From Candidatus Aminicenantes bacterium (GTDB lineage Bacteria > Acidobacteriota > Aminicenantia > Aminicenantales > UBA8522), in NCBI GenBank assembly GCA_037444845.1, contig JBBILQ010000007.1, forward strand, positions 6,067 to 70,066: a stretch of DNA of 64,000 nucleotides. The letters run 5' to 3'. The position numbers and the translations under genes are program-made. How positions within the stretch are numbered: position 1 is the stretch's first letter; each line of letters opens with the position of its first letter. Positions 1 to 8,492 of this stretch are shown here, piece by piece. The notes beneath the pieces are model-generated. The model was not told where the DNA came from. It searched no databases and saw only the letters and a list, made by a program, of their open reading frames with translations.

Positions 1-635
1 CTCCGTATCAGACGGTGATTTATTTCCCTGGCCAGACTTCTGCGGAAACAGAATCGAGTCAAAATCTGGCAGACCATTTCGATTTTAGAAATCTCTCATT
101 CCTTGTACGCAATGGCCGGGCGGCCGTTTTTCCCGTTTATAAAGGGACATTCGAACGGAAGTTGACGACTTCCTTCGCCGTCGATTCCTTCCAATTAGTC
201 GAGCAACGCATTCAACAGGTGAAGGATTTCAGGAGGTCTGTCGATTATCTCGAGACGCGTCCTGATATCGACACCGGTAAGCTCGCCTTTCTGGGCAATA
301 GTTGGGGCGGTCGCATGGCGCCTCTCATCCTCGCCGTGGAGGACCGCCTGCAAACGGGCATCGTGCTCATTGGTGGCTTGGAAACGGGCCGCAGGCCAGA
401 GGTCAATAATTCAGGTTACGTCAGGCGAGTGAAAATCCCTGTCCTGATGCTCAGCGGCCGGTACGATATGGCCTTCCCTTACGAGACATCCTCCAAGCCA
501 ATGTTCGATCTTTTGGGGACTTCGGCGAAGGAGAAGGTTCAAAAAGTTTACGAAACAGACCATTTCCTTCCCTTGAACGAGCAAATCAAAGAAACCCTGG
601 CCTGGCTCGATAAGTATCTCGGGCCAGTGAGATGA
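1..635 (+). CDS. C-terminal alpha/beta-hydrolase (dienelactone hydrolase/S9-like) domain, 5' part outside window
   Basis: Frame is open from the window edge (PYQTVIYFPG). Nucleophile elbow GNSWGG, Asp in GRYD and His in ETDH. Confidence 0.8.
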   Translation, partial: PYQTVIYFPGQTSAETESSQNLADHFDFRNLSFLVRNGRAAVFPVYKGTFERKLTTSFAVDSFQLVEQRIQQVKDFRRSVDYLETRPDIDTGKLAFLGNSWGGRMAPLILAVEDRLQTGIVLIGGLETGRRPEVNNSGYVRRVKIPVLMLSGRYDMAFPYETSSKPMFDLLGTSAKEKVQKVYETDHFLPLNEQIKETLAWLDKYLGPVR

Positions 636-697
636 TGATCCAGCGGATGACCGCCGGATCAAAAGATAAAAGCACTCAATTTTGCCCCGCTCCCTTT

Positions 698-727
698 TGA
701 ACCGCCCCGGTTTTTCTCTGAGAGCTG
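698..727 (+). mobile_element. Isolated IS3-family (IS51 group-like) terminal inverted repeat
   Basis: TGAACCGCCCCGG matches the recalled first 13 nt of IS629/IS6110-type ends. No transposase follows. Confidence 0.5.
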
Positions 728-754
728 CCGGCGGCCTGTCTCCACCTGAATGAT

Positions 755-793
755 CTCGACTGGCTTGATAAACACTGGGGGCCCGTGAAATAG
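755..793 (+). pseudogene. 3' end relic of a paralog of the upstream hydrolase
   Basis: Translates LDWLDKHWGPVK*, versus LAWLDKYLGPVR* at the end of 1..635. Confidence 0.7.
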
Positions 794-905
794 ACAAAAG
801 GTTTTTGTTGCCCTGTCAATAATTCATAGCATGTTTGATGTTTCTTTTAGGGGGCTCCGGCATAAACGCGCATTTGCTTCCCGGTTTGGGTTAAAATGGA
901 ACTAA

Positions 906-1059
906 CCTGATCTATTCACAAAATGATACGATAAAACGCCCCCTCCCCTGGCGGGAGGGGATAGAGGGGAGGGGGAATCTTTGAATGATCCCCCTCACCC
1001 CGACCCTCTCCCACATGGGGAGAGGGGATTTTTTCCTTTCATTTCGTGAATAGTCCAGG
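906..1059 (+). mobile_element. 154-bp MITE copy 1 (IS1380-like ends)
   Basis: Imperfect TIRs CCTGATCTATTCACAAAATGA / TCATTTCGTGAATAGTCCAGG; CTAA duplicated at 902-905 and 1060-1063; identical to copies at 27134 and 55056. Confidence 0.92.
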
Positions 1060-1089
1060 CTAATATAAGCGAAATAAACAATGTGACAT

Positions 1090-1139
1090 CACCCCCACCC
1101 TTACCCTCCCCCTTGAGGGGGAGGATGGAGGTGGGGGGT
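1090..1139. repeat. GC-rich REP-like palindrome
   Basis: CCCCCACCCTTACCCTCCCCC-TTGA-GGGGGAGG...GGTGGGGGG hairpin, same family as the palindromes inside the MITE. Confidence 0.6.
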
Positions 1140-1170
1140 AACAAAAAATGGTTCGTTTACATTAGCGGCA

Positions 1171-1725
1171 ATGATCGGTTATCCCAGCAATGTCCTGGTC
1201 GTGGCAGACTACGAGAATCCTCATTTCACGGAGAAATTCCAGAAGAGGGTGGACTTTGTCCTCTCCTGCGGGGATGTGGAATTCGCCATCCTCGAAGAGA
1301 TCTATGGACGCTTCAACAAGCCCATCTTCGCCGTCAAGGGGAATCATGACACCAGGAAGCCCTTTCCCCCTTTCGTCCAGGACATCCATCTGCGGATGGT
1401 GCAGCATCGCAACTGGCTCATCGGCGGGTTTGCCGGCGTTCCGGCTTTCAAGGAGGCCGGAACTTTCGAATGGGACGATTTGGCAGCCACCGACAAGCTC
1501 GGCAAATTTCCCTGCGTGGACATTTTTATCTGCCACGCTCCGCTTCTCAAAATCACCGACAAGGATGATTATGCCCACACCGGAAGCGAAGCCCTGCGCC
1601 GGTATGCCGAGGAAAAACAGCCCAAGTACATCTACCACGGACACGTCCACGCCAAGATGGGCGCCATGCTCGGCGAGACCGCCGTGGTGAGCGTTTACGG
1701 AGCGGAAATATTTACCCTGGGCTGA
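1171..1725 (+). CDS. Metallophosphoesterase (calcineurin-like)
   Basis: Motifs VAD, CGD, GNHD, CHAP and HGHVH. Confidence 0.85.
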   Translation: MIGYPSNVLVVADYENPHFTEKFQKRVDFVLSCGDVEFAILEEIYGRFNKPIFAVKGNHDTRKPFPPFVQDIHLRMVQHRNWLIGGFAGVPAFKEAGTFEWDDLAATDKLGKFPCVDIFICHAPLLKITDKDDYAHTGSEALRRYAEEKQPKYIYHGHVHAKMGAMLGETAVVSVYGAEIFTLG

Positions 1726-1785
1726 TCAGCGCCCGATTCATCGCGGCAGGGCATTCACCGATATGAAGAGGCTTAGACTCGTTGT

Positions 1786-2313
1786 TTATTGGCCGAGCTT
1801 GATGTCGAAGCGGGCGCGGAGATAGTCGGCCGTCGACTTAACGGTCCGCTTGAGTTCCTGGATTTCTTCTTCATAGGGGGCCTCGGCCTTTAGCAGGGCG
1901 GATTCCAGATAGGCCTGGGGCCGGGTGAATTCGAAGAGCCCGTTGAGGGGGGGCAGCTTTTCGGAGCGCGGGGTGAAAACCCAGATGAGGGAAATCCCGA
2001 CGGCCGCCAGCAACCCTGCCGCGGCCAGGATTGGTTTCAGGCGAGAGAACTCCCCCCTGGATGGAGCAGAGACCGCGACGCCGGGCTTCGCCGGAGCACT
2101 CACCGCCGGCATCGATTTTTTTCCGAGGTCGCCTCGGGCGCCCTGGATGAGCGTGACGGCGTCCTTGGTCAATCGCCGTTCCAGCTCCTTGCTGAGCCTG
2201 GCGAACTCGCGGCACGCGCCGCAGCTGCGGAGATGTTTTTCCACCCGCCCGGAGAGGGGCTTTCCGGAGTCCAGTGCCCGCGAGATCTTCCATCGGTTGT
2301 AGGTGCATCGCAT
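1786..2313 (-). CDS. Zinc-finger (zf-HC2/ZAS) membrane anti-sigma factor
   Basis: HLRSCGAC (HxxxCxxC) near the N-terminus, one TM helix, RBS AGGAG; lies directly downstream of an ECF sigma relic. Confidence 0.7.
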   Translation of the reverse strand: MRCTYNRWKISRALDSGKPLSGRVEKHLRSCGACREFARLSKELERRLTKDAVTLIQGARGDLGKKSMPAVSAPAKPGVAVSAPSRGEFSRLKPILAAAGLLAAVGISLIWVFTPRSEKLPPLNGLFEFTRPQAYLESALLKAEAPYEEEIQELKRTVKSTADYLRARFDIKLGQ

Positions 2314-2326
2314 TTCTCGTCTCCTT

Positions 2327-2461
2327 TCAGAGGATGGATAACTTCCGCTCCGCCGCGTCTGCTCCGGCCAATCCGGCGGCCTCGGCCGGTGACCTCAATC
2401 TTTTCCCCAGCTTCAGCCGGGACCTGTGGAGAATGGCGCGAACGCCGACCGGGGTTTTTTC
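2327..2461 (-). pseudogene. Truncated ECF sigma factor (region 4 C-terminus only)
   Basis: Translates EKTPVGVRAILHRSRLKLGKRL...LSIL*, resembling sigma-70 region 4.2; the 5' part is replaced by IS91 sequence. Confidence 0.6.
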
Positions 2462-2816
2462 CTTATCACCGATTTCTCCGTGGTCGATCGCATCATCCAC
2501 CACCTTAAGCTGACCTTTGTCGCGGACAAGCCTCCCCCGCCTCGTCTCGTCTATCAGGAAGTTCTGATGGATTCTGAGACAGGCGCAGAATATTTTTCAT
2601 GATTCCTTTCTTTGCCCAGAAGGAGAGGTCCGGCTGCGCTCCGGCGTTTTTTATCGTCTCTGCGGCTTTTGAGCCGCTTTGGCCCACCAGGAGAGACTTC
2701 CGATGACCCTTGACATCTTACTTTGTCATGATTTATATTTCCTGACGATGGTTGAAGGGGAAAATGAGGACAAAGATGCTCACCCAGCCAGCAAAGCTGA
2801 AAAGGAACTTCTTATC
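2462..2816 (+). mobile_element. IS91/ISCR-family 3' remnant (transposase tail plus oriIS-like end)
   Basis: LITDFSVVDRIIHHLKLTFVADKPPPP...AEYFS* (2462-2602) is typical of a Y2 transposase tail; ends GCTGAAAAGGAACTTCTTATC, resembling ISCR oriIS (AACTTCCTAT). Confidence 0.72.
2710..2739 (+). promoter_or_regulatory. Outward sigma70-type promoter inside IS91 end
   Basis: TTGACA-18 bp-TATATT; equivalent position is conserved in the second IS end at 31485. Confidence 0.6.
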
Positions 2817-3473
2817 TTTTTTAAACATTTTTTGCGGACTTGTGTCCTTGGTCTTATCTTAGTTCCGTTAATTGCTTCATCGTGGTCCCCAACTGGTTCG
2901 ATGCGATCTGCCCGATACGATTTTGGGGCCACTTTGCTCAGTAACGGTAAGGTTCTCGCGGCAGGTGGAAGCAGTGGCCCAGGAAATGTGTTGTCTTCAG
3001 CGGAGATTTACAATCCATCGACGGGATCATGGACGTCAACGGGTAGCATGCATGACGGGGTACACAGCGCAGGATTTGCTGTTCTCTCAAGCTCAAGTAG
3101 TGAAACGAAAGTCTTGAGGGCTGGCGGAACCGATGTGTATGGTGTCAATCTCAGCACAGCCGAGATTTTTACTGCAAGCACTGGGACGTGGGCTAGGACA
3201 GGTTCGTTAAATGGTGGTCGCGCTGGTTTCGGAATAGTCAAGCTTACAACCGCTAATATCTTCGTTGCAGGTGGAGTAGCGTCACACGGAAACGTAGTCC
3301 TTTCAACGGCGGAAGAGTATATAGTTTCGAGCGGGACCTGGCAGTCAAGACCTTCAATGCGCGATGCACGCTCCCGGTTTCGGTTGGTGCGACTAAGCAA
3401 TGGGGATGTTCTTGCCGCTGGGGGGATAAATCTCTATAGTCCTTTGAGCACTGCTGAGGTATATATACCCTAA
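2748..3473 (+). CDS. Kelch-repeat (galactose oxidase-like beta-propeller) secreted protein; start uncertain
   Basis: Repeats of W..TGSM..AR...ATLL.NGKVL.AGG....SAE.Y and a hydrophobic signal-like segment; AT-richer than flanks. Confidence 0.8.
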   Translation: MVEGENEDKDAHPASKAEKELLIFFKHFLRTCVLGLILVPLIASSWSPTGSMRSARYDFGATLLSNGKVLAAGGSSGPGNVLSSAEIYNPSTGSWTSTGSMHDGVHSAGFAVLSSSSSETKVLRAGGTDVYGVNLSTAEIFTASTGTWARTGSLNGGRAGFGIVKLTTANIFVAGGVASHGNVVLSTAEEYIVSSGTWQSRPSMRDARSRFRLVRLSNGDVLAAGGINLYSPLSTAEVYIP

Positions 3474-3974
3474 AAATGGCGTTTAGGCACATAACGAATC
3501 TGCGTCCGGACCAATGCCCTGGAATCGAGTCTCACCTTATAAGCAAGACTAACCCATAAAGTGCAGCACACAGCCGACGTTTTGCCTATGAAATAAAATT
3601 TTAGAGCTATATTACTGCCTCTTTTATAGAGACTCGGTAACCCTGGGGAATAGAATCCATAGGAGTGCAGTGAACAGCAGGAGGGCGGGAACGCTGAATC
3701 GTCTTTCTTCTATTTGCATGTCTGAAAGATTTATCTTCGCCATTGCATAAATAAATAAAGGACTAGGGGAAAGGTATCAAGGTCCGCCAAAGCTGTTAGA
3801 TACATTTGGTCCTTCTGTGCCCCTACCCAAACCACTCAGCTTGCTGCCTTGTATCTGCTTTTTGACCTGACTCTAAAATACTCCCGTGTGCATGTGTTTT
3901 AACCTCGAACTGCGCTGCTTACCTCCTTGATGCGCTCTAATCGATTGAGGGATGGAAGCTCAACTTCAGGCAGC

Positions 3975-4215
3975 GATGAAGAGTGGGGTGAGTGGATGCG
4001 GGAGACACTCCTCCTCAATGTCCCCCACCGTCAGGTCGTCTTTACTGTTCCCAAGATGCTGCGCATCTTCTTAAAGTACAAGCGCCCGCTTCTGGGGGAG
4101 CTCTGCGTGCAGCCTTCCGGTCCTTGACCCGTTATTTTGAGGTCTTAACCGGCAGCGAGCTTATGCCCGGAGTCATTGCCGCCATCCAGACCTTCGGCGA
4201 CCGCATCGATCTTCC
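3975..4215 (+). pseudogene. IS91-family (Y2) transposase internal fragment, frameshifted
   Basis: VPHRQVVFTVPKMLR, a 1-nt frameshift near 4106, then PGVIAAIQTFGDRI; truncated before the HUH motif. Confidence 0.8.
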
Positions 4216-4287
4216 TTCGTGTTTACACCAAGCATCAATTATGATAAAAATGAAGGGCTCTTAAATAATTCGCGAAAGGATTGATCG

Positions 4288-5481
4288 ATGTGTGAAAAAC
4301 GGGATGTTTTCATCGTGAGCGCCGCGCGGACGCCCATCGGAACCTTCCTGGGTGCGCTCAAGGATTTCACTGCGGCCGACCTGGGCGGGGTCGTCATCCG
4401 GGAAGCTCTCAGACGCGCAAACCTTCGCGGCGAGGATGTGGATGAGGTCATCATGGGAAGCGTCGTCTCGGCCGGCATCGGCCAGGCGCCGGCCAAACAG
4501 GCGGCCGTCAAGGGAGGAATCCCTTATTCGGTCAGCTGTTTTGCCGTGAACAAGGTCTGCGGATCGGCCTTGAAAGCTGTGGCCCTCGCCGCTCAGGCAA
4601 TCCAGGTCGAGGAGAAAGAGGTGGTCGTTGCCGGCGGAATGGAGAGCATGAGCCGGGCCCCGCATCTTGTCTGGGGGATGAGAGAGGGAGTCAAGTTTGG
4701 GGATGTCCAGGTCAAGGATGCCATGATCCTGGATGGCCTCTGGTGCGCTTTCGACAACGTCCACATGGGAATGACGGGAGAGGTTGTGGCCGAGAAGTTC
4801 GGCGCGACGAGGGAAGAGCAGGACCAGTATGCGCTGAGCAGCCAGCAGAAAGCCATCCATGCCATCGAGAAAGGGTATTTCAACGATGAGATTGTGCCCA
4901 TCACGATCCCCCAGAAAAAAGGCGACCCGGTCGTCTTTGCTGTCGATGAAGGGCCGCGTCGAGACACAACATTGGAGAAGCTTTCTAAGCTCAGGCCCGC
5001 TTTCAAAAAGGATGGCACGGTCACAGCCGGCAACGCCTCGACGTTGAATGACGGGGCGGCTGCGGTCGTTGTTGCCTCGGAGGAAGCGATCAAGAACCGG
5101 GGACTCAACCCGGCCATGGCTCGAATCCTGGGCTCTGCCACAAACGGGGTTGAACCATCGATGGTTATGTATGCTCCCAAAGGTGCGATAGAGAAGCTCC
5201 TGGCCAACGTCGGCTGGAAAATCGAGGAGGTCGATTTATTCGAAATCAACGAGGCCTTCTCGGCCCAGCTTGTTGTCCTGCTCAAGGAACTCAAACTCGA
5301 CCGCGAGAAAGTCAATGTCCACGGCGGGGCCGTCGCGCTGGGCCATCCGATCGGTGCCACAGGCGCCCGGATTCTTGCCACGCTTGTTTACGCACTCAAG
5401 CACCGCGGGCTCAAGAAAGGCATCGCTGCCCTCTGCCTGGGCGGCGGCGACGCGGTGGCCATGGCTGTGGAGATAGTCTGA
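4288..5481 (+). CDS. atoB: Acetyl-CoA C-acetyltransferase (thiolase)
   Basis: [18 protein letters not shown] and CLGGG motifs. Confidence 0.93.
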   Translation: MCEKRDVFIVSAARTPIGTFLGALKDFTAADLGGVVIREALRRANLRGEDVDEVIMGSVVSAGIGQAPAKQAAVKGGIPYSVSCFAVNKVCGSALKAVALAAQAIQVEEKEVVVAGGMESMSRAPHLVWGMREGVKFGDVQVKDAMILDGLWCAFDNVHMGMTGEVVAEKFGATREEQDQYALSSQQKAIHAIEKGYFNDEIVPITIPQKKGDPVVFAVDEGPRRDTTLEKLSKLRPAFKKDGTVTAGNASTLNDGAAAVVVASEEAIKNRGLNPAMARILGSATNGVEPSMVMYAPKGAIEKLLANVGWKIEEVDLFEINEAFSAQLVVLLKELKLDREKVNVHGGAVALGHPIGATGARILATLVYALKHRGLKKGIAALCLGGGDAVAMAVEIV

Positions 5482-5500
5482 GCAAGGGAAAGGAGGGGAT

Positions 5501-6346
5501 ATGGACGTAAAAACGATCGGAATAATTGGAGCAGGGACCATGGGCAGCGGCATCGCCCAGGTAGCCGCCGCATCCGGATTTTCGGTCCTTCTCAACGATA
5601 TAGACCAGAGCTACCTTGACCGCGCCCTCAAGGGAATCGACAAGAGCCTGGCCAAGCTTATCGAGAAGGGAAAGATCACAGAGGACAAAGCAGCCATCCT
5701 GGGCCGCGTCAAACCCACGGCCGAGCTTGAGGACCTCAAGGCCGCGGATTTCGTTGTCGAAGCCGTGTTCGAGGATTTTGACGTTAAGAAAAAAGTCCTC
5801 ACGGCGCTCGATAAAATCCTGGCGCCTGAGATCATCCTGGCGTCTAACACCTCTTCGATCTCAATCACCCGGCTGGCTGCCCAGACCGCCCGGCCGTCTC
5901 AGTTCATGGGCATGCACTTCATGAACCCCGTGCCGCTGATGACGCTGGTCGAGCTCGTTCGCGGGCTGGCCACGTCCGAGGAGACGTTCGCTTCAGTCAA
6001 GGCCCTGGCCGAGAAAATGGGCAAGGTTCCGGTCGAGGCTAACGATTTTCCCGGGTTCATCGCCAACCGCATCCTGATGCCGATGATCAACGAGGCTGTC
6101 TACGCCCTGATGGAAGGCGTGGGCACGGCGGAGGCCATCGACACGGTCATGAAGCTCGGGATGAACCATCCGATGGGCCCGCTCACCTTGGCCGACCTCA
6201 TTGGCCTGGATGTTTGCCTCTCCATCATGGAAGTCCTTCATGAGGGGTTCAAAGACCCGAGGTATCGACCTTGCCCGCTTCTCAGGAAGATGGTGGATGC
6301 CGGGTATCTCGGGCGTAAGACAGGCCGCGGATTCTACACCTACTAA
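5501..6346 (+). CDS. hbd: 3-hydroxybutyryl-CoA dehydrogenase
   Basis: GAGTMG, SNTSS, GMHFMNP, GFIANR, HPMGP and [10 protein letters not shown]. Confidence 0.93.
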   Translation: MDVKTIGIIGAGTMGSGIAQVAAASGFSVLLNDIDQSYLDRALKGIDKSLAKLIEKGKITEDKAAILGRVKPTAELEDLKAADFVVEAVFEDFDVKKKVLTALDKILAPEIILASNTSSISITRLAAQTARPSQFMGMHFMNPVPLMTLVELVRGLATSEETFASVKALAEKMGKVPVEANDFPGFIANRILMPMINEAVYALMEGVGTAEAIDTVMKLGMNHPMGPLTLADLIGLDVCLSIMEVLHEGFKDPRYRPCPLLRKMVDAGYLGRKTGRGFYTY

Positions 6347-6388
6347 AATTATGAGGCCCCAGATTTGCCGTTAGGAAAAGGCTATCCC

Positions 6389-6542
6389 TGTCATCGCGAG
6401 CACTCATTGGGTGCGTGGCGATCCGACGGAGTCGTCGCGAGGAGCAAAGCGACGTGGCGATCTCAAGTTTATCTGATGAGATCCCTCGCCGGGCCCGGGA
6501 CGACCCAAAGGGCCGGATTGCTTCGCTTCGCTCGCAAAGACA
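6389..6542. repeat. Cluster of REP/RPE-like palindromic units
   Basis: GTCATCGCGAG...GTGGCGATCC, GTCGTCGCGAGGAGCAAAGCGACGTGGCGATCTC and the inverted GGATTGCTTCGCTTCGCTCGCAAAGAC. Confidence 0.7.
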
Positions 6543-6677
6543 ATTTTCTAACGCCAATTTTGGGTGGGGGCGGCCCTCCGTGAGGACCGTCCCGGTTTGT
6601 GATAAAATAAAAAAAGTATTTTGACCTTTTGATAGAAACTCCTGGGTGGATACGTCCCTTATGATGAGGAGGATAAG

Positions 6678-7745
6678 ATGAAAGGCGAAGACACAGAACA
6701 AAAGCAGGCCTCGCGGACCCGGGCCATCGAGGCAGCCGTCTCCCAGATAGAAAAACAGTTCGGCAAAGGCTCGGTGATGAAGCTCGGCCAGAAAGAAGCG
6801 GCCATCAAGGTCGAGGCCATCCCCACCGGATCGATTGCTTTTGACCTGGCCCTGGGGATCGGCGGGTTTCCTCGCGGCCGGGTCGTCGAAGTCTTTGGCC
6901 CGGAAGCCACCGGCAAGACGACGCTGGCGCTTCACGTCATCGCCGAAGCCCAGAAGCGGAGTGGCCAGGCAGCCTTCATCGACGCTGAGCATGCTCTTGA
7001 CCCGCGCTACGCGGCCAGCGTCGGCGTGGATGTGGATAACCTCCTCATCTCTCAGCCCGACTACGGCGAGCAGGGCCTGGAGATTGCCGAAGTCCTGGTC
7101 CGGAGCGGCGCTGTGGACGTCATCGTCGTTGACTCGGTAGCCGCCCTCGTGCCCAAGGCCGAGCTTGAAGGCGAGATGGGCGACGCCCACATGGGCCTCC
7201 AGGCCAGGCTGATGTCCCAGGCTCTGCGTAAGCTCACGGCTATCGTCAGCCGGTCCAAAACCTGCTTCATCTTTGTCAACCAGATGAGGGAGAAGATCGG
7301 CGTGTTTATCGGCAGCCCGGAGACGACAACAGGCGGCAGGGCGCTGAAGTTTTATGCCTCGATGCGCATCGACATCCGCCGGATAACCGCCCTGAGAGAG
7401 GGGGATAGCATTGTTGGCAACCGCGTCAAGGTGAAGATTGTCAAAAACAAGATGGCCCCGCCCTTCAAGGACGCGGAGTTTGACATCATTTACGGGCGCG
7501 GAATCTCCAGGGAAGGAGACCTCGTTGACTGCGGAGTGAACGTCGGGCTCATCGAGAAAACCGGCACATGGTACTCCTATAAAGGAGAAAGGCTTGGTCA
7601 GGGCCGCGACAACGTCAAGAAGCTGCTCAAAGAAAGCCCTGATCTGGCGGCGCAGATCGAGGCTGAAATCCGGAAAAAAGTCGGCCTTGCCCCTGAAGCG
7701 AAGGAAGAAAAAGAAATTAGAGAGGAGAAAGAGGCAAAAAGATAG
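6678..7745 (+). CDS. recA: Recombinase A
   Basis: [35 protein letters not shown] and [10 protein letters not shown]. Confidence 0.98.
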   Translation: MKGEDTEQKQASRTRAIEAAVSQIEKQFGKGSVMKLGQKEAAIKVEAIPTGSIAFDLALGIGGFPRGRVVEVFGPEATGKTTLALHVIAEAQKRSGQAAFIDAEHALDPRYAASVGVDVDNLLISQPDYGEQGLEIAEVLVRSGAVDVIVVDSVAALVPKAELEGEMGDAHMGLQARLMSQALRKLTAIVSRSKTCFIFVNQMREKIGVFIGSPETTTGGRALKFYASMRIDIRRITALREGDSIVGNRVKVKIVKNKMAPPFKDAEFDIIYGRGISREGDLVDCGVNVGLIEKTGTWYSYKGERLGQGRDNVKKLLKESPDLAAQIEAEIRKKVGLAPEAKEEKEIREEKEAKR

Positions 7746-7748
7746 CTG

Positions 7749-8432
7749 ATGAAGCGTCGAGAGTTCGTGGCCACGGCAGGGGTAGGAGGGGTTGCCATGT
7801 TCTGGGGACTCGCGCTTCCCATAAGAGCCAATTTTAGAGAGGAGGAAAGGATGATGGCTTACACGGCAAAAGATTATTCTGGGCTCATCGGCATGCCTGG
7901 CTTTAGCGAAACCCTGCTGAAGAATCACTTCACCCTCTACCAGGGATATGTCACGAACACGAACAAAGTCCTCGAAGCTCTTGCGCAGATGTTGAGGGAC
8001 GGAAAAGCAGGCACGCCCGAGTTCGCCGAGCTCAAGCGAAGGCTGGGCTGGGAATTCAACGGCATGCGGCTGCATGAGTACTACTTTGAGAGCCTGGGGG
8101 GAAAAGAAGCTCCCAACCTTAACGGAAAACTCGGCCGAATGATCGCCGCGGATTTCGGAAGCTTTGATGCCTGGGAAAAGGATTTCAAGACCACGGGCGC
8201 CATGCGGGGTATCGGCTGGGCTGTCCTCTACCAGGATACAGCGAGCGGCAGGCTCATCAACTTCTGGATCAACGAGCACGATGTCGGGCATCCGGCTGGC
8301 TGCCTGCCTCTCCTGATCATGGACGTCTTCGAGCATGCTTTCATGATCGACTATGGATTGAAAAGAGCAGACTACATCGAGGCCTTTTTCAAGAACATCG
8401 ACTGGAAGATCGTCGAAGCGCGGCTCAAATGA
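7749..8432 (+). CDS. Fe/Mn superoxide dismutase; alternative start at 7851
   Basis: NHFTLYQGY, LHEYYF, GIGWA and DVFEHAF ligand motifs; N-terminal KRREF extension. Confidence 0.9.
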   Translation: MKRREFVATAGVGGVAMFWGLALPIRANFREEERMMAYTAKDYSGLIGMPGFSETLLKNHFTLYQGYVTNTNKVLEALAQMLRDGKAGTPEFAELKRRLGWEFNGMRLHEYYFESLGGKEAPNLNGKLGRMIAADFGSFDAWEKDFKTTGAMRGIGWAVLYQDTASGRLINFWINEHDVGHPAGCLPLLIMDVFEHAFMIDYGLKRADYIEAFFKNIDWKIVEARLK

Positions 8433-8492
8433 ACGGGAAAAACGGCCGGTTCGCGCTACCCTTGGGATAACCTGATTGGGAGGTGAAAAAGA

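Noticed and set aside
906-1059. Identical repeats as a CRISPR array or assembly artefact
   Set aside because: Copies are dispersed, have no spacers, occur in both orientations and carry site-specific 4-bp duplications.
3474-3810. Integron attC site after the kelch gene (ACATAAC, GACTAAC, GTTAGAT)
   Set aside because: Core-like heptamers are present, but I found no complementary pair with proper spacing and L boxes, and no integrase.
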